Part shown: piece after piece, positions 9,319 to 18,770 of the stretch | Position numbering within the stretch: the first letter of the stretch is position 1 | Layout: every line of letters begins with the position of its first letter | Assembly: GCA_027717985.1 (NCBI GenBank) | Contig: JALLOO010000002.1 | Coordinates: 7,257-71,256, forward strand | DNA: 64,000 nucleotides | Direction: 5' to 3' | Origin: Patescibacteria group bacterium AH-259-L05 | Lineage (GTDB): Bacteria > Patescibacteriota > Patescibacteriia > UBA2591 > UBA6264 | The notes under the pieces: model-generated | Seen by the model: only the letters and a program-made list of their open reading frames with translations | What the model was told of the DNA's origin: nothing | The model's database searches: none | Made by a program: the position numbers and the translations under genes

Positions 9319-9479
9319 AGGTACTAACTTATTACAAATTATGTCATAACTTAGTACTAAGTTACTACAATTTCTACCTATTGTCAATACTAGTTTTCCA
9401 CAGCCTATTTCTAAATATAAATCAAAAACAAAAAGCCAGAAACAATTATATCTCTGACTTTTTAATAAATGTGTTGAGA

Positions 9480-10907
9480 TTAATAATCAAACACTGGATC
9501 AATATCAATCGGAATGCCTTTAAGAGATTTACACATCCGTCTTATTTCATCAGGGACTCCTCCCCATTTATCCACGAACTGCTTAACTACCTCATAGTCA
9601 TTTGCCTGCGACAGTTTATAAAACTCATCGCCTAAGGTACTAATTGCACTGTGGAAACAATCAGGATTAAACTCAAATCCTTGACCACTAAATCGAAATG
9701 CGCCGTGTTTCAAAAGCCAATTGTATTGAACGAGTGTAGCAACCGCATGCGCCTCTTCTAAACTCAATCTGACTTGGCGCAAGCCATCTACAACCCGACT
9801 AATAACAGCATTCTTAGCAATATCCTGCTCTATTATTCCTTGATCAGCCAAGAAAAACAGAAAGAGTATACCAAAGACATCTGCTTTTGCCTCTTCAAAA
9901 GACGGACCAAAATCTAAAAATTCCTTTCTGTCGCCAAATCGAATACTAATTCCATGAGACAACTCGTGTCCGAGCACAAACAGAAAATAAAGATCCTTAT
10001 TAAGTACAGAAACTGCTTCAGAAGATAAGACACGCTTTGCAATAGGAAGTGTCAAAAGATTAAACTTTGCATCCATAACATTCCGCATAAATGTCTTTTT
10101 CGAGCCAACTTGTTCATGAATGTCTTTATCGTTTGGTAAATTACATGCCATAGGAACAAACCCATACAGCGCCCCACCGCTCGCCATAACTTCATCAATA
10201 ACCACCATTGGGATTAGAGTGTTACGCGGCATATACCCATAGTTCTTACCTAGATATGCATCAAACTCTATAGCGAACTGCTGATAATACTGTGCCATTT
10301 GATTTACCTCTTTTTTTACAACACCAACGATACCCTCAAAATCTCGCTTGATACTAAACAATGAATCATCATAACTCTCATACGGGCCGATAATCAATTC
10401 AAAAGGTGCACCAACACATCGTACCCACTCTTTATCAATCTGCTTAAATCCATTGGTGCGAAATGCATGCGCCTTCCCTAATAAAAATTTCTTGAACTGT
10501 GAATGGTCAGTAAACTCTGCTGCCTGTTCAAGTAATTGCGCTATCTCATCAAGTTGCTCTTGATAAACTTCTGAATAAAGAATTGCCCTAAGCCTATCAC
10601 CGTCCCGTTCTACATTAGTAAACGGACTCAAAAGCGCTTCTTTATCTTCAGGATGAACTTTTAGATACGCATCAAACTCTTCACGCGTTAAATCAGGTGG
10701 ATAAAAATTGTTTCCTCTTGATCTATCAAAAACGTCGCCTGTTTCCTCTAAGTCCTGCCTCATCTGCGCAAGATAGATTGGGTTAATCTGATCTACGGCC
10801 TTGATAAGCAACCGAAGCACTTTTCTATCATCTTCTCCAAGATGTGAAATATCTGCCCTAATAGGTGCGCGAATATGTTCATCTGGTTTACCAGTTGCAT
10901 GAGCCAT
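9480..10907 (-). CDS. HExxH zinc-metallopeptidase-like protein (DPP III/M49-like motif spacing)
   Basis: VLGHELSHGI, then EEAKADVFG 19 residues later (second Glu ligand). By eye this gene is GC-richer than its neighbours. Confidence 0.4.
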   Translation of the reverse strand: MAHATGKPDEHIRAPIRADISHLGEDDRKVLRLLIKAVDQINPIYLAQMRQDLEETGDVFDRSRGNNFYPPDLTREEFDAYLKVHPEDKEALLSPFTNVERDGDRLRAILYSEVYQEQLDEIAQLLEQAAEFTDHSQFKKFLLGKAHAFRTNGFKQIDKEWVRCVGAPFELIIGPYESYDDSLFSIKRDFEGIVGVVKKEVNQMAQYYQQFAIEFDAYLGKNYGYMPRNTLIPMVVIDEVMASGGALYGFVPMACNLPNDKDIHEQVGSKKTFMRNVMDAKFNLLTLPIAKRVLSSEAVSVLNKDLYFLFVLGHELSHGISIRFGDRKEFLDFGPSFEEAKADVFGILFLFFLADQGIIEQDIAKNAVISRVVDGLRQVRLSLEEAHAVATLVQYNWLLKHGAFRFSGQGFEFNPDCFHSAISTLGDEFYKLSQANDYEVVKQFVDKWGGVPDEIRRMCKSLKGIPIDIDPVFDY

Positions 10908-11199
10908 TTCATACCTCCTCGTTTTACCTATTGAAAAGAACCAAAATCACCATTGTTAAGTCTATCAAACTTCTCCTCTCTTGTCAACCCCTCAAAGCAA
11001 AAACAGGGACTATAATCTAGCCCCTGCTCTTTTTCCAATACTTGAACGTAAGCCATAAACCTACAAGAAACATGCTTAAACCAAGATAGGGAAATTCCTT
11101 CAGTAAAAATATTTCAAAAAGCGACTCTGACACGCTCAACGCCCACCATATCACAATACCAATGCGCTCTTTCGTCATTATGTCCTCCTTGTTTATATA

Positions 11200-11275
11200 A
11201 GAACCTGCTCGCTCCGCTCACAGAACCTTGAAGTTTGGAAGGGGCGATATTTGTATTCAAACTTTAAGAACCACT
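11200..11275. repeat. composite AAGAACC...GAACCTTG / aagtttgaaagg...tatttgtat..aagaacc element
   Basis: aagaacctgctcgctccgctcacagaaccttgaagtttggaaggggcgatatttgtattcaaactttaagaacc; the same arrangement recurs at 45768..45866. Confidence 0.55.
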
Positions 11276-11309
11276 TCATAAGTATAATACCATAAAAAAT
11301 AACCTTTAG

Positions 11310-12563
11310 TCAAGTAGTATTCTTCATTTTCTCAATTGCAGGCAACACTATCCTTTCTATAGCTTGTCGGGAGTGTTGATAATAAGGTTTCCATGCTCGC
11401 TTGGCAAAATAATGCCAGCCAACACAAGAATGAACTGCTGGTAATGTGCTCTTTAAAACTTTTTTAAACTCTTTATCTTTCAATGCTTTTTGCAATCCTC
11501 CGTATTTTTTAACTTTTTGTCGAAAAATAAAATTGTATTCTTTAACTAATTCCTGCCACTCTACAATTCTTCTTCTTCTTAAAGGTTTCCGTTTTCTCCA
11601 CATTCTTCCATATTTATTTGGCTGCCACCATGGAAACGGGTCTTTTGGTGTTGAATCCATTTCCCATGACGCAGGTAAAATCTTAGAAATAGGAAATGAT
11701 TTCGCTTTTGACCAATTAAATTGTGAGGGTAGACAAAAATCTATTTTATCCTTTACTTTTACAAACACCCCCATATCTTTTGCCTTTGATCTTTGATCGA
11801 TTTTCCGTAAGCCTTTTTTTGAACCTGCATTTTCCCAATCCCGCATTAAAACAAAGACATTTTTCTGCAAATACTCTAATACTTGTAAAAAAATTTTAGG
11901 TGAATGAACTGTTCTGCGAACCCGAGCCCATACCAGATCTTCTGGTAAGTGTTGCGGCCGCCTCACATATTTGGGTCGTTTCCGATAATCCTCAGCATTC
12001 ATAAACAAATCTTTAAATAAACAACTATAGACTATTGCGCGTTGGTATCCATCCCTGAACTTAATACACACGGGCCCATGAAAATTATATCTCCCCAACG
12101 ATTTATCAGGAATTAAAAGTATAAGATCGGGAAATATTTCATGGACTATTTTAAGTGTACGTTTATCTACAGCCCCTTCTGGCGGCCAAAACCATGTTGC
12201 TTTGCCTAAAAATTTTTCAACAACCTCTCGATCCAAAATAATCTGGGCTCGGATTAAATCGCTTGATAACATAGGCAAGATAGCATGAGAATAAGCGCTC
12301 GTTCCAATTTCAATGTTCCCGTATTGTTTAGCAATTTTTAAATTTGCAAGCGTCTTTGTAGCCAATTGCCCAATATCTGAACTCGCTCCCAACCATGATT
12401 CAATGGTCCACCCCTGAAGCTGAACGCCACGCAGAATTATACCATGCTTCATAGCTAAAGAAGTGGGTAAAAACTTGACCGTAAGATTTGTTTTCACCCA
12501 CTTCGGTATAAATGTTTTTGGATCAAATGGCTGATAGCCATGAATTAAATCATAAAAATGCAT
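11310..12563 (-). CDS. divergent GH57-like protein
   Basis: IHGYQPF (region I-like), GNIEIGTSAYSHAILPML (region II-like) and WFWPPEGAV (nucleophile region). Region IV is not obvious. Confidence 0.45.
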   Translation of the reverse strand: MHFYDLIHGYQPFDPKTFIPKWVKTNLTVKFLPTSLAMKHGIILRGVQLQGWTIESWLGASSDIGQLATKTLANLKIAKQYGNIEIGTSAYSHAILPMLSSDLIRAQIILDREVVEKFLGKATWFWPPEGAVDKRTLKIVHEIFPDLILLIPDKSLGRYNFHGPVCIKFRDGYQRAIVYSCLFKDLFMNAEDYRKRPKYVRRPQHLPEDLVWARVRRTVHSPKIFLQVLEYLQKNVFVLMRDWENAGSKKGLRKIDQRSKAKDMGVFVKVKDKIDFCLPSQFNWSKAKSFPISKILPASWEMDSTPKDPFPWWQPNKYGRMWRKRKPLRRRRIVEWQELVKEYNFIFRQKVKKYGGLQKALKDKEFKKVLKSTLPAVHSCVGWHYFAKRAWKPYYQHSRQAIERIVLPAIEKMKNTT

Positions 12564-12576
12564 AATTTAAATTATT

Positions 12577-13800
12577 TTACTTCCAATCAGAAATTGTTTC
12601 AATAACTATATATTTACCAGATATTTCTCGCTGCCCTATCTCCTCCAATATATTCTGATGAATCTTTTCAACCTTTCGTAATTCAGGATCTGATAAATTT
12701 GATTTCAAAAGAGACGCTATTTTCAAAAACTTCTCAACATTGATCTTAATTATATTTGGATTCCACCATGGCTTCGCACTTGCCCACCAATATTGATCAG
12801 AGGCAAACGCCTTGTCTAATAACTTTCTCGCCCTTTTGTACTGAGGGCTATTATCGTATTTCTTAATTAATTTAATAATAAAATGAGTTAACTGCCATTG
12901 TAATTTATGAAGATCATTATCTGGATGAGACCATAATGCATATGGTATGTCCTGCTTTAAATCCTTTATCTCTGATGCCCAACTACAAGCTAAAGGATCA
13001 ATCTGTTTAATCGGAGTATCTTTTAATAAATGCAAATATTGGGAATAAGTAATCGTTTTAATCTCTTTCTGGTCTAAAATCTTTGCCCATATATCAATTA
13101 AATGCGCGCGGTGATGTCCTAAGGTCTCTCCGTCAAATGCAGTGACTAAAAATGTGTCTGATCGTCCGTCGTGTTTCACGCTTTGAAGAAACTTATCAAC
13201 CGAATCTAACCATGTCCCAAAAAAGATTAAACTTACTCCACGATTTCGAAAAGTCACTTTAAGATTTTTTTTCTTACCTTGATTTCGAAATAAATCCTTT
13301 ATTTCGTATCGTCTATTAAATGAAACATGATTAAATGTATTATCATATGCAATCTCATCTAAAACAATCCATTCATATCCTAAACTTTGAATAATACGCG
13401 CAGTTTTTTTATCATATGCTAACTCTGGCAAAAAAAATCCTTTTGGCCGCGGCCGCCACACACTTTTAAAATACTTTTGATTAATATTTTCATTCAGCTT
13501 TATTTGACGGATTATTTCTGATTTTGATAAAAACGGTAAAATTGGATGATACTTGGCTGATCCAACAAACTCAATTTGACCATTTTCAGCCAACTTTTTA
13601 ATCCGCTCAAGTATATGTATATATCCATACTCGACCAGCTTCTCTGTTAAGCTTGCGCAAATATTTAAGGTAATTTTTGCATTTGGCCGTGCTTCTAAAA
13701 TAGACAAAATCTTATCATACGATTCAGTTACTACTTTATGTATAATTTTTTTTGTTTGAAAATATGGCTGATAAATGTGTAATAAATTTGCCCAATACAT
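12577..13800 (-). CDS. glycoside hydrolase family 57 enzyme (407 aa)
   Basis: LLHIYQP, ENGQIEFVGSAKYHPILPFL, GFFLPELAYD, FDGETLGHH and DQYWWASAKPWW. Paralog of the 4217..6208 protein. Confidence 0.7.
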   Translation of the reverse strand: MYWANLLHIYQPYFQTKKIIHKVVTESYDKILSILEARPNAKITLNICASLTEKLVEYGYIHILERIKKLAENGQIEFVGSAKYHPILPFLSKSEIIRQIKLNENINQKYFKSVWRPRPKGFFLPELAYDKKTARIIQSLGYEWIVLDEIAYDNTFNHVSFNRRYEIKDLFRNQGKKKNLKVTFRNRGVSLIFFGTWLDSVDKFLQSVKHDGRSDTFLVTAFDGETLGHHRAHLIDIWAKILDQKEIKTITYSQYLHLLKDTPIKQIDPLACSWASEIKDLKQDIPYALWSHPDNDLHKLQWQLTHFIIKLIKKYDNSPQYKRARKLLDKAFASDQYWWASAKPWWNPNIIKINVEKFLKIASLLKSNLSDPELRKVEKIHQNILEEIGQREISGKYIVIETISDWK

Positions 13801-13864
13801 ATTATGTTTCCTTTTTTTGATTAAAATTAAATTACATTAATTTATATACAATGAAAATTTAATT

Positions 13865-15364
13865 TCAAGGTTCTGACGAGCGAAGCGAGGAATGGTTCTT
13901 ATTATTTTGTCTTGTTTCGCGAATAACCCTTCTATAGAGGGTTACATATTTTTTGGCAGGAAGCTTCCATGAATATGATTCTTTCATGGCACGACGCACC
14001 AATGTTTTCCACGCTCCCCGACGTTTATAATCTTCTAATGCACGCGCAATGGCAAATAAAAGATCTTGAGACGTATACGAGGTAAACACAAACCCATTGC
14101 CTCTGCCTGTTTGGGGATTGTAGTCACTAATCGTATCAAGTAATCCACCGACCGCGTGCACAATAGGAATGGATCCATAGCGCAAGCTAATTAATTGCGA
14201 AATCCCACATGGTTCAAAACGAGATGGCATTAAATAAATATCTGAAGCAGCATATACCTTTCTCCCAATATGCTCTTGAAACGGTGAAAAAAATAATAAA
14301 TTTTTACGGTGCTTTCGCGCAGCTTTTCTTAAAAAATCTCTATATACCCCGCCACCGCTCCCTACAATAGCAATTTGTACATCAAGTTTCAAAAGATAAT
14401 CAAGTATATCAATAATTAATTCAAATCCTTTTTGCTCAGTCAATCGATTCGCTAAACCGATCAAGGGCGCTTTAGGATCAACTCTTAAACCAAATCGTTT
14501 TTGCAGCAACACCTTATTCTCACTCTTTTTTTCTAATGAACTTGCATCGTAATTTACATACACATCTTCATCAAATTGCGGATTAAAAATAGTATAATCA
14601 ACACCATTGATAATACCATATAAATCTTTTTTTCTTCCCCGTAAATAACTATCTACATTACATCCATGTTCGGGGGTTAATATTTCCTGTGCATATCGCG
14701 GACTGACGGTATTAATAAGATCGCTGTAGAGAATACCGCGCAGCGCAAAATTAAGCCAATGTAATTGATCTTTATCATGGGGCGGCAAACCCTTTCCATT
14801 ATCTTTTTTCTCTGGCGGAATCTTCCACCAATCTTCTGGTCCTTGAAATAATAAATTATGAATAGTGAAAAGTGTTCCAATATTTTTAAGCGTGTCATCA
14901 CGATTGTATTGTAATTTCAAATAATTAGGAATAAGTCCCGCATGCCAATCATGAGCATGAATAACCTGCGGCTTAAGTCCTAAAACCTTAAGTAGTTTAA
15001 GGGACGCAAGGTTAAATAATAAAAAACGAAGACCGTCGTCTTCATACCCATACAATTTATGCCGTGAACCAAATAATTCTCGCTGGCAAATAAATATAAC
15101 CGGATATTTATCAGGACATATTATTTTCTTAAACCCAAACCTGTATTCTTTCCCTCCAAATTCTACTGAAATCCTTTCCTTTAAATTCTCCATACCCCAT
15201 CCTTTTTTACCAATAAACCCATAATACGGAGTAAATACGACTATTTCATGTCCTAGTCGAACTAATGCACGCGGCAAAGATCGCGCCACATCAGCAAGCC
15301 CACCGCTTTTTGAATACGGAGAAATCTCAGAACTTACATGAACAATTTTTAAAGGCCGTACCAT
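13865..15364 (-). CDS. glgA: glycogen (starch) synthase, GT5
   Basis: KIVHVSSEISPYSKSGGLADV and the GT-B C-terminal motifs. The last roughly 12 codons (…HSSLRSSEP) are encoded by an AAGAACC-family repeat. Confidence 0.85.
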   Translation of the reverse strand: MVRPLKIVHVSSEISPYSKSGGLADVARSLPRALVRLGHEIVVFTPYYGFIGKKGWGMENLKERISVEFGGKEYRFGFKKIICPDKYPVIFICQRELFGSRHKLYGYEDDGLRFLLFNLASLKLLKVLGLKPQVIHAHDWHAGLIPNYLKLQYNRDDTLKNIGTLFTIHNLLFQGPEDWWKIPPEKKDNGKGLPPHDKDQLHWLNFALRGILYSDLINTVSPRYAQEILTPEHGCNVDSYLRGRKKDLYGIINGVDYTIFNPQFDEDVYVNYDASSLEKKSENKVLLQKRFGLRVDPKAPLIGLANRLTEQKGFELIIDILDYLLKLDVQIAIVGSGGGVYRDFLRKAARKHRKNLLFFSPFQEHIGRKVYAASDIYLMPSRFEPCGISQLISLRYGSIPIVHAVGGLLDTISDYNPQTGRGNGFVFTSYTSQDLLFAIARALEDYKRRGAWKTLVRRAMKESYSWKLPAKKYVTLYRRVIRETRQNNKNHSSLRSSEP

Positions 15365-15368
15365 ATAT

Positions 15369-15851
15369 CTATGTTAGATACTTTTTAGTTTGTATACACG
15401 TTATTGCCACTGCTAATGCATCAGCAGCATCATCTGGTTTTGGGATATCTTCCAGTTCAAGAATAAGTTTAACCATTTTTTGAACTTGTACTTTTGTTGC
15501 CCGTCCATATCCAGTTAATGATTGTTTTACTTGTAATGGGGTAAACTCGAAAATCTGCGCTCTGCTTTGAGAGCATGCCAATACGACAACGCCGCGTGCT
15601 TCACTAACTTTCATGGCTGTTTTTACGTTTTTTGCAAAATAAATATTTTCTATCGCAATTGTATCAAGCTTATATTTTTTAAGTATTTTCCTTAAGTCAG
15701 TATAAATTTTAAACAATCTATCAGCATGTTCATCTTCTTTACTGGTTCTAATACAACCATACTCAATCATAAATAATTGATTATTTTTTGCCGTCTTAAT
15801 AATTCCGTATCCAGTAATCGCAATTCCTGGATCAATACCCAAAATAGTCAT
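15369..15851 (-). CDS. ruvC: crossover junction endodeoxyribonuclease RuvC
   Basis: MTILGIDPGIAITGYGII, 160 aa. Confidence 0.85.
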   Translation of the reverse strand: MTILGIDPGIAITGYGIIKTAKNNQLFMIEYGCIRTSKEDEHADRLFKIYTDLRKILKKYKLDTIAIENIYFAKNVKTAMKVSEARGVVVLACSQSRAQIFEFTPLQVKQSLTGYGRATKVQVQKMVKLILELEDIPKPDDAADALAVAITCIQTKKYLT

Positions 15852-15853
15852 AA

Positions 15854-16576
15854 TTACTTTATATTAGTATAGTAATCGCTTACATCTGGCTCATCATCAA
15901 GCTCTTCAAATATACTATCAACTTTTTTTTGAGCCTGTTCACTAATACTAATTAAATCTTTGGCAAACCATTCTACTTCTGCATAATCTACTTCAATACC
16001 TTGTTTTTCAAGATCTTTTTTAACTTTTTCTAAATATTCTGGGCTCGTATAGATTACTAATTCATCATCTTCTTCACTTATATCTTGTGCACCTGCTTCA
16101 ATTACCTTGAGTTGAATATCTTGTTTTTTCTCATCATCCATGTCAAGAACAATACGTATAATGCCTTTCCTTTCAAACATCCATAGAACAGAATTTTGTT
16201 CGCCTAATTTACCTCCATATTTATTAAAAATTCGGCGCAAACTGCCGAGTGTTCTATTTTTATTATCAGTTAATGCCTCAATAACGATTACTGATCCTCC
16301 TGGGCCAAATGCTTCATATAACACTTCCTCAATTTTCTCTCCTGCAAGCTCACCAGTACCGCGTTTAATAGCACGCGCAATATTATCTTTAGGAAGATTA
16401 GCTTTTTTTGCCTTCTCGATAGCTAAACGCAGCTTAAAATTGGCCTCTGGATCACCACCGCCAACTCGAGCCGCAATCGTAATCAAGTGTCCTAGCTTGG
16501 TACGCAAAGCACCTTTTTTAATATCGGTTGCACCCTTAGAATGCTTTAATTTGCTCCAGCGGGAATGTCCACTCAT
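15854..16576 (-). CDS. yebC: YebC/PmpR-family transcriptional regulator
   Basis: MSGHSRWSKLKHSKG...ARVGGGDPEAN... Confidence 0.85.
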   Translation of the reverse strand: MSGHSRWSKLKHSKGATDIKKGALRTKLGHLITIAARVGGGDPEANFKLRLAIEKAKKANLPKDNIARAIKRGTGELAGEKIEEVLYEAFGPGGSVIVIEALTDNKNRTLGSLRRIFNKYGGKLGEQNSVLWMFERKGIIRIVLDMDDEKKQDIQLKVIEAGAQDISEEDDELVIYTSPEYLEKVKKDLEKQGIEVDYAEVEWFAKDLISISEQAQKKVDSIFEELDDEPDVSDYYTNIK

Positions 16577-16594
16577 AAAATTTCTTTTAAAATA

Positions 16595-17254
16595 TTACCT
16601 TTTCATTAAACTTAATTGATACTCTTTTACCTCTTTGCGTAAATATTTTTTTACTCTTGGCCAAGAATAACTTGAATCAAAAACTCTAATACGCCGACTG
16701 CGTGTAGCAGGAGTAGATTTTTCAGCATCAACAAAATAAATAAGTCCCCTCAGAGCCGTTAATACATTAAAGGTTGGATACTTCTCTTTTGTTAATCTTA
16801 TAATCTTTTTAAGGCCCATTTTCTGAATTAAATAATACATATCAATAAAATCTCTCTTAGTTCCTCTCTGAACAATGGCAGCTACTTTCATAGCTGCGAT
16901 ATCTTCAACAGAAGCTACAGGCACGCCGGAAATTAAAACCTTCGGGCGAATCAAAGCATATGGATAATAAAAACAACTAATGTCTACGCCCTGAACGCTT
17001 AATATTAATGTATCTTGCTCTATAACATCCTCTTCAATATCTTCTATAGAGAAGTGTCTATAAAAATCTTTTATTAATAAACGTCCATCAAATTTCTCAG
17101 GACTATAAAAATCAAAATCCTGGGATGTTCGATGGCCCATCTGTAAAGCCAATGCTGTCCCGCCAGATAAATACCCTCCACGTTCTTTAAGAAAAGTTAA
17201 TTTCTCAAAAACTTTTCTTTTTTGATAACTTAAAATAGTCTTTAAATACATCAA
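16595..17254 (-). CDS. AbiEii/AbiGii-like nucleotidyltransferase (putative toxin)
   Basis: GGTALALQMGHRTSQDFDFY matches the GGTAL plus DxD nucleotidyltransferase signature. It is shorter than typical AbiEii. Confidence 0.5.
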   Translation of the reverse strand: MMYLKTILSYQKRKVFEKLTFLKERGGYLSGGTALALQMGHRTSQDFDFYSPEKFDGRLLIKDFYRHFSIEDIEEDVIEQDTLILSVQGVDISCFYYPYALIRPKVLISGVPVASVEDIAAMKVAAIVQRGTKRDFIDMYYLIQKMGLKKIIRLTKEKYPTFNVLTALRGLIYFVDAEKSTPATRSRRIRVFDSSYSWPRVKKYLRKEVKEYQLSLMKR

Positions 17255-17549
17255 AGCGCGGATTAATATCTAAAATAGCCCATTTATAAACTTGTTTAGG
17301 GATCTTCACATCTAAAATTTTAGCCCAATAATTAAGAGATTTAGGGAACCACATCCCTCGTCTTGGATTTTTAACAACTTCAACAATATCTTGCTTTTTA
17401 TATGTTTTAAAAAGCCATTTCACTGCCCTTATATTACCACGATTTAAAACCTGTTGAATAATCAACTCTTTGTCATCGGGATCATAAGGATCCATTTGAG
17501 AAATGTCATACGACCACAAACATGTTTGTAAAAATTTAGGTAAAGCCAT
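17205..17549 (-). CDS. hypothetical protein; possible cognate partner of the AbiEii-like gene (50-nt overlap)
   Basis: Upstream overlapping ORF of 114 aa. No wHTH AbiEi signature was recognised. Confidence 0.3.
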   Translation of the reverse strand: MALPKFLQTCLWSYDISQMDPYDPDDKELIIQQVLNRGNIRAVKWLFKTYKKQDIVEVVKNPRRGMWFPKSLNYWAKILDVKIPKQVYKWAILDINPRFDVFKDYFKLSKKKSF

Positions 17550-17669
17550 ATATTAATTTATTTATTCTATACCCTTATTGTACCATAAATAGACCCAAAA
17601 AGCAAGATAGACACATACCTATTTTAGTGCTACAATATGTATGAACTCATAAATCTTAAATTTGCAATC

Positions 17670-18770
17670 ATGTCTACGCTTGATGATATAAATAAAATCA
17701 AACAACTTGATACATCAGGTATGGCTGATTTTATTGCTGATCTCCCCAACCAAATCCTCAAAGCATATAAACAAAGCCAGAAAATAAAATTGCCTAAAAA
17801 TTTTAAAAATATCTCAAATATTGTCGCCTGCGGCATGGGCGGTTCAGCTATTGGCGGTGACGTAGTCAAGGCACTGATTGATAATCAATTATCATTGCCG
17901 TTTATTATAAACCGCTCGTATCAATTGTCCCAAACAGTCAATAAAAACAGCTTGGTGTTTTTAGTTAGTTTTTCAGGCAATACCCAAGAAACCTTATCCT
18001 GCGCGAAAGTTGCAATACAGAAAAAAGCGCATATATTTGTTATCACCAGCGGTGGAAAACTATTAGTACTCGCTCAAGAAAAAAAAATACCCTTATTTAC
18101 ATTTTCATATAAAGGTCCGCCCCGCGCAAGCTTAGGCTATTTATTTATACCCATACTTATAACGTTAGAAAAACTTGGTCTTGTTAATCTTGATGCATTC
18201 AACATCACAGAATCAATTGAAAAACTAAAAAAATTTAACCAGCTATTTTACCCAGAAACGCCAAGCGAAAAAAATATTGCAAAATACTTAGCATATTTTA
18301 TATTTGACCATCTCCCTATTATTATTGCCCCTGAAGAGCTTAATGGTATTGCAAGACGCTTTAAAACACAAATGGCAGAAAATGCAAAAACATTTTCTTT
18401 TTTTGAAACTGCTCCTGAAATTTTTCACAATTCTATTGAAAGCCAATTTCCGTGGCGATTAAAAGATGATATTGTTTTTTTAATTCTCTCTCCTTTGTCT
18501 TCCCGCGCTTCGCGCGGGAAGACAAGAGAAGAAATGTCATCCCGAGCGCAGTCAAGGGAAGAAAAATTCATCACTGTTTTTAAAAAATTATTAGATAAAG
18601 AAAATATTCGCTGGGAAGCAATACCTGCATCTGGAGATAACGTATTTCTCAATATACTCTCTTTTATTCTTGCGGGTGATTGGATTAGTTTTTATTTGTC
18701 TATCCTTAATGAAACTGACCCCACGCCTGTTAAAAAAATACAATGGCTCAAGCGTCAAATAAAACAATGA
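17670..18770 (+). CDS. bifunctional phosphoglucose/phosphomannose isomerase (SIS domain)
   Basis: NIVACGMGGSAIGGDVV SIS motif, plus a C-terminal PGI/PMI-type region. The likely start is MSTLDDIN at 17670. It carries a palindromic repeat insertion at 18497-18568. Confidence 0.6.
   Translation: MSTLDDINKIKQLDTSGMADFIADLPNQILKAYKQSQKIKLPKNFKNISNIVACGMGGSAIGGDVVKALIDNQLSLPFIINRSYQLSQTVNKNSLVFLVSFSGNTQETLSCAKVAIQKKAHIFVITSGGKLLVLAQEKKIPLFTFSYKGPPRASLGYLFIPILITLEKLGLVNLDAFNITESIEKLKKFNQLFYPETPSEKNIAKYLAYFIFDHLPIIIAPEELNGIARRFKTQMAENAKTFSFFETAPEIFHNSIESQFPWRLKDDIVFLILSPLSSRASRGKTREEMSSRAQSREEKFITVFKKLLDKENIRWEAIPASGDNVFLNILSFILAGDWISFYLSILNETDPTPVKKIQWLKRQIKQ

Noticed and set aside
16140-16619. ORF-track entries antisense to or nested within confident genes (for example 16140..16619 +, 21178..21699 +, 21744..22019 +, 23162..23537 +, 61427..62170 +, 14677..14901 -, 63455..63962 -)
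   Set aside because: They overlap well-supported CDS on the opposite strand or a different frame (yebC, pilin-like genes, atpB, glgA, the Cys-rich protein). They lack SD sequences and have low-complexity translations, so they are not reported as genes.
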